Part shown: one piece after another, positions 24,402 to 24,457 of the stretch
How the letters are laid out: every line of letters begins with the position of its first letter
How positions within the stretch are numbered: position 1 is the stretch's first letter
Source: a virus
Lineage: Duplodnaviria; Caudoviricetes
IMG/VR virus record: IMGVR_UViG_3300027746_000091
Location: 1 to 24,457 of that record
DNA length: 24,457 nt
Direction: 5' to 3' (one strand)
Notes under the pieces: model-generated
The model's input: the letters and a program-made list of their open reading frames with translations, nothing else
What the model was told of the DNA's origin: nothing
Database searches by the model: none
Made by a program: the position numbers and the translations under genes

Positions 24402-24429
24402 TCGTGGCGTGCAGCACTTCACCTCACCC

Positions 24430-24457
24430 ATGCACCAAATGTCCACCGAGCTGGCAT
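24430..24457 (+). CDS. Start of an ORF (MHQMSTELA..., runs off window)
   Basis: ATG after a C/A-rich leader downstream of the promoter/operator. Confidence 0.4.

Larger units (their letters stand above)
1..24457. mobile_element. Temperate lambda-like siphovirus (partial genome)
   Basis: Terminase, portal, capsid, head-tail, primase-helicase, serine integrase and repressor genes throughout; no host housekeeping genes. Confidence 0.95.

Noticed and set aside
23637-24457. Host DNA beyond the integrase (prophage boundary)
   Set aside because: Shares the operator palindrome and leader style with the phage interior, so it is likely still phage.

Overview
The whole window is a high-GC temperate siphovirus genome with lambda-like packaging. 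Gene content resembles picocyanobacterial (Cyanobium/Synechococcus-type) temperate phages; this host assignment is inference only. The minus-strand arm (16.5 kb to 1) carries an RHH regulator, primase-helicase, candidate ori, PD-(D/E)xK nuclease, Hjc-like resolvase, gpZ, a lambda-type cos, TerS, TerL (GpA), gpW, lambda portal, HK97-type protease-capsid fusion, gpFI/gpFII-like genes, an Mtd_N fibre, membrane proteins, gpU-like tail terminator and the start of the tail tube. The plus-strand arm (16.8-21.8 kb) carries a ParB-like gene, a double-HTH gene with embedded repeated palindromes, and small coupled genes joined by repeated 18-nt junctions (including a GNAT moron and DUF3310). At the right end are a large serine integrase with an apparently intact attP and an XRE repressor whose putative operator (CCTTAGC-N5-GCTAAGG) occurs three times. 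A joined cos plus intact attP suggests the circular, unintegrated form. No tRNA, rRNA, CRISPR array or DGR reverse transcriptase was seen. All family calls come from motif recognition, not database searches.
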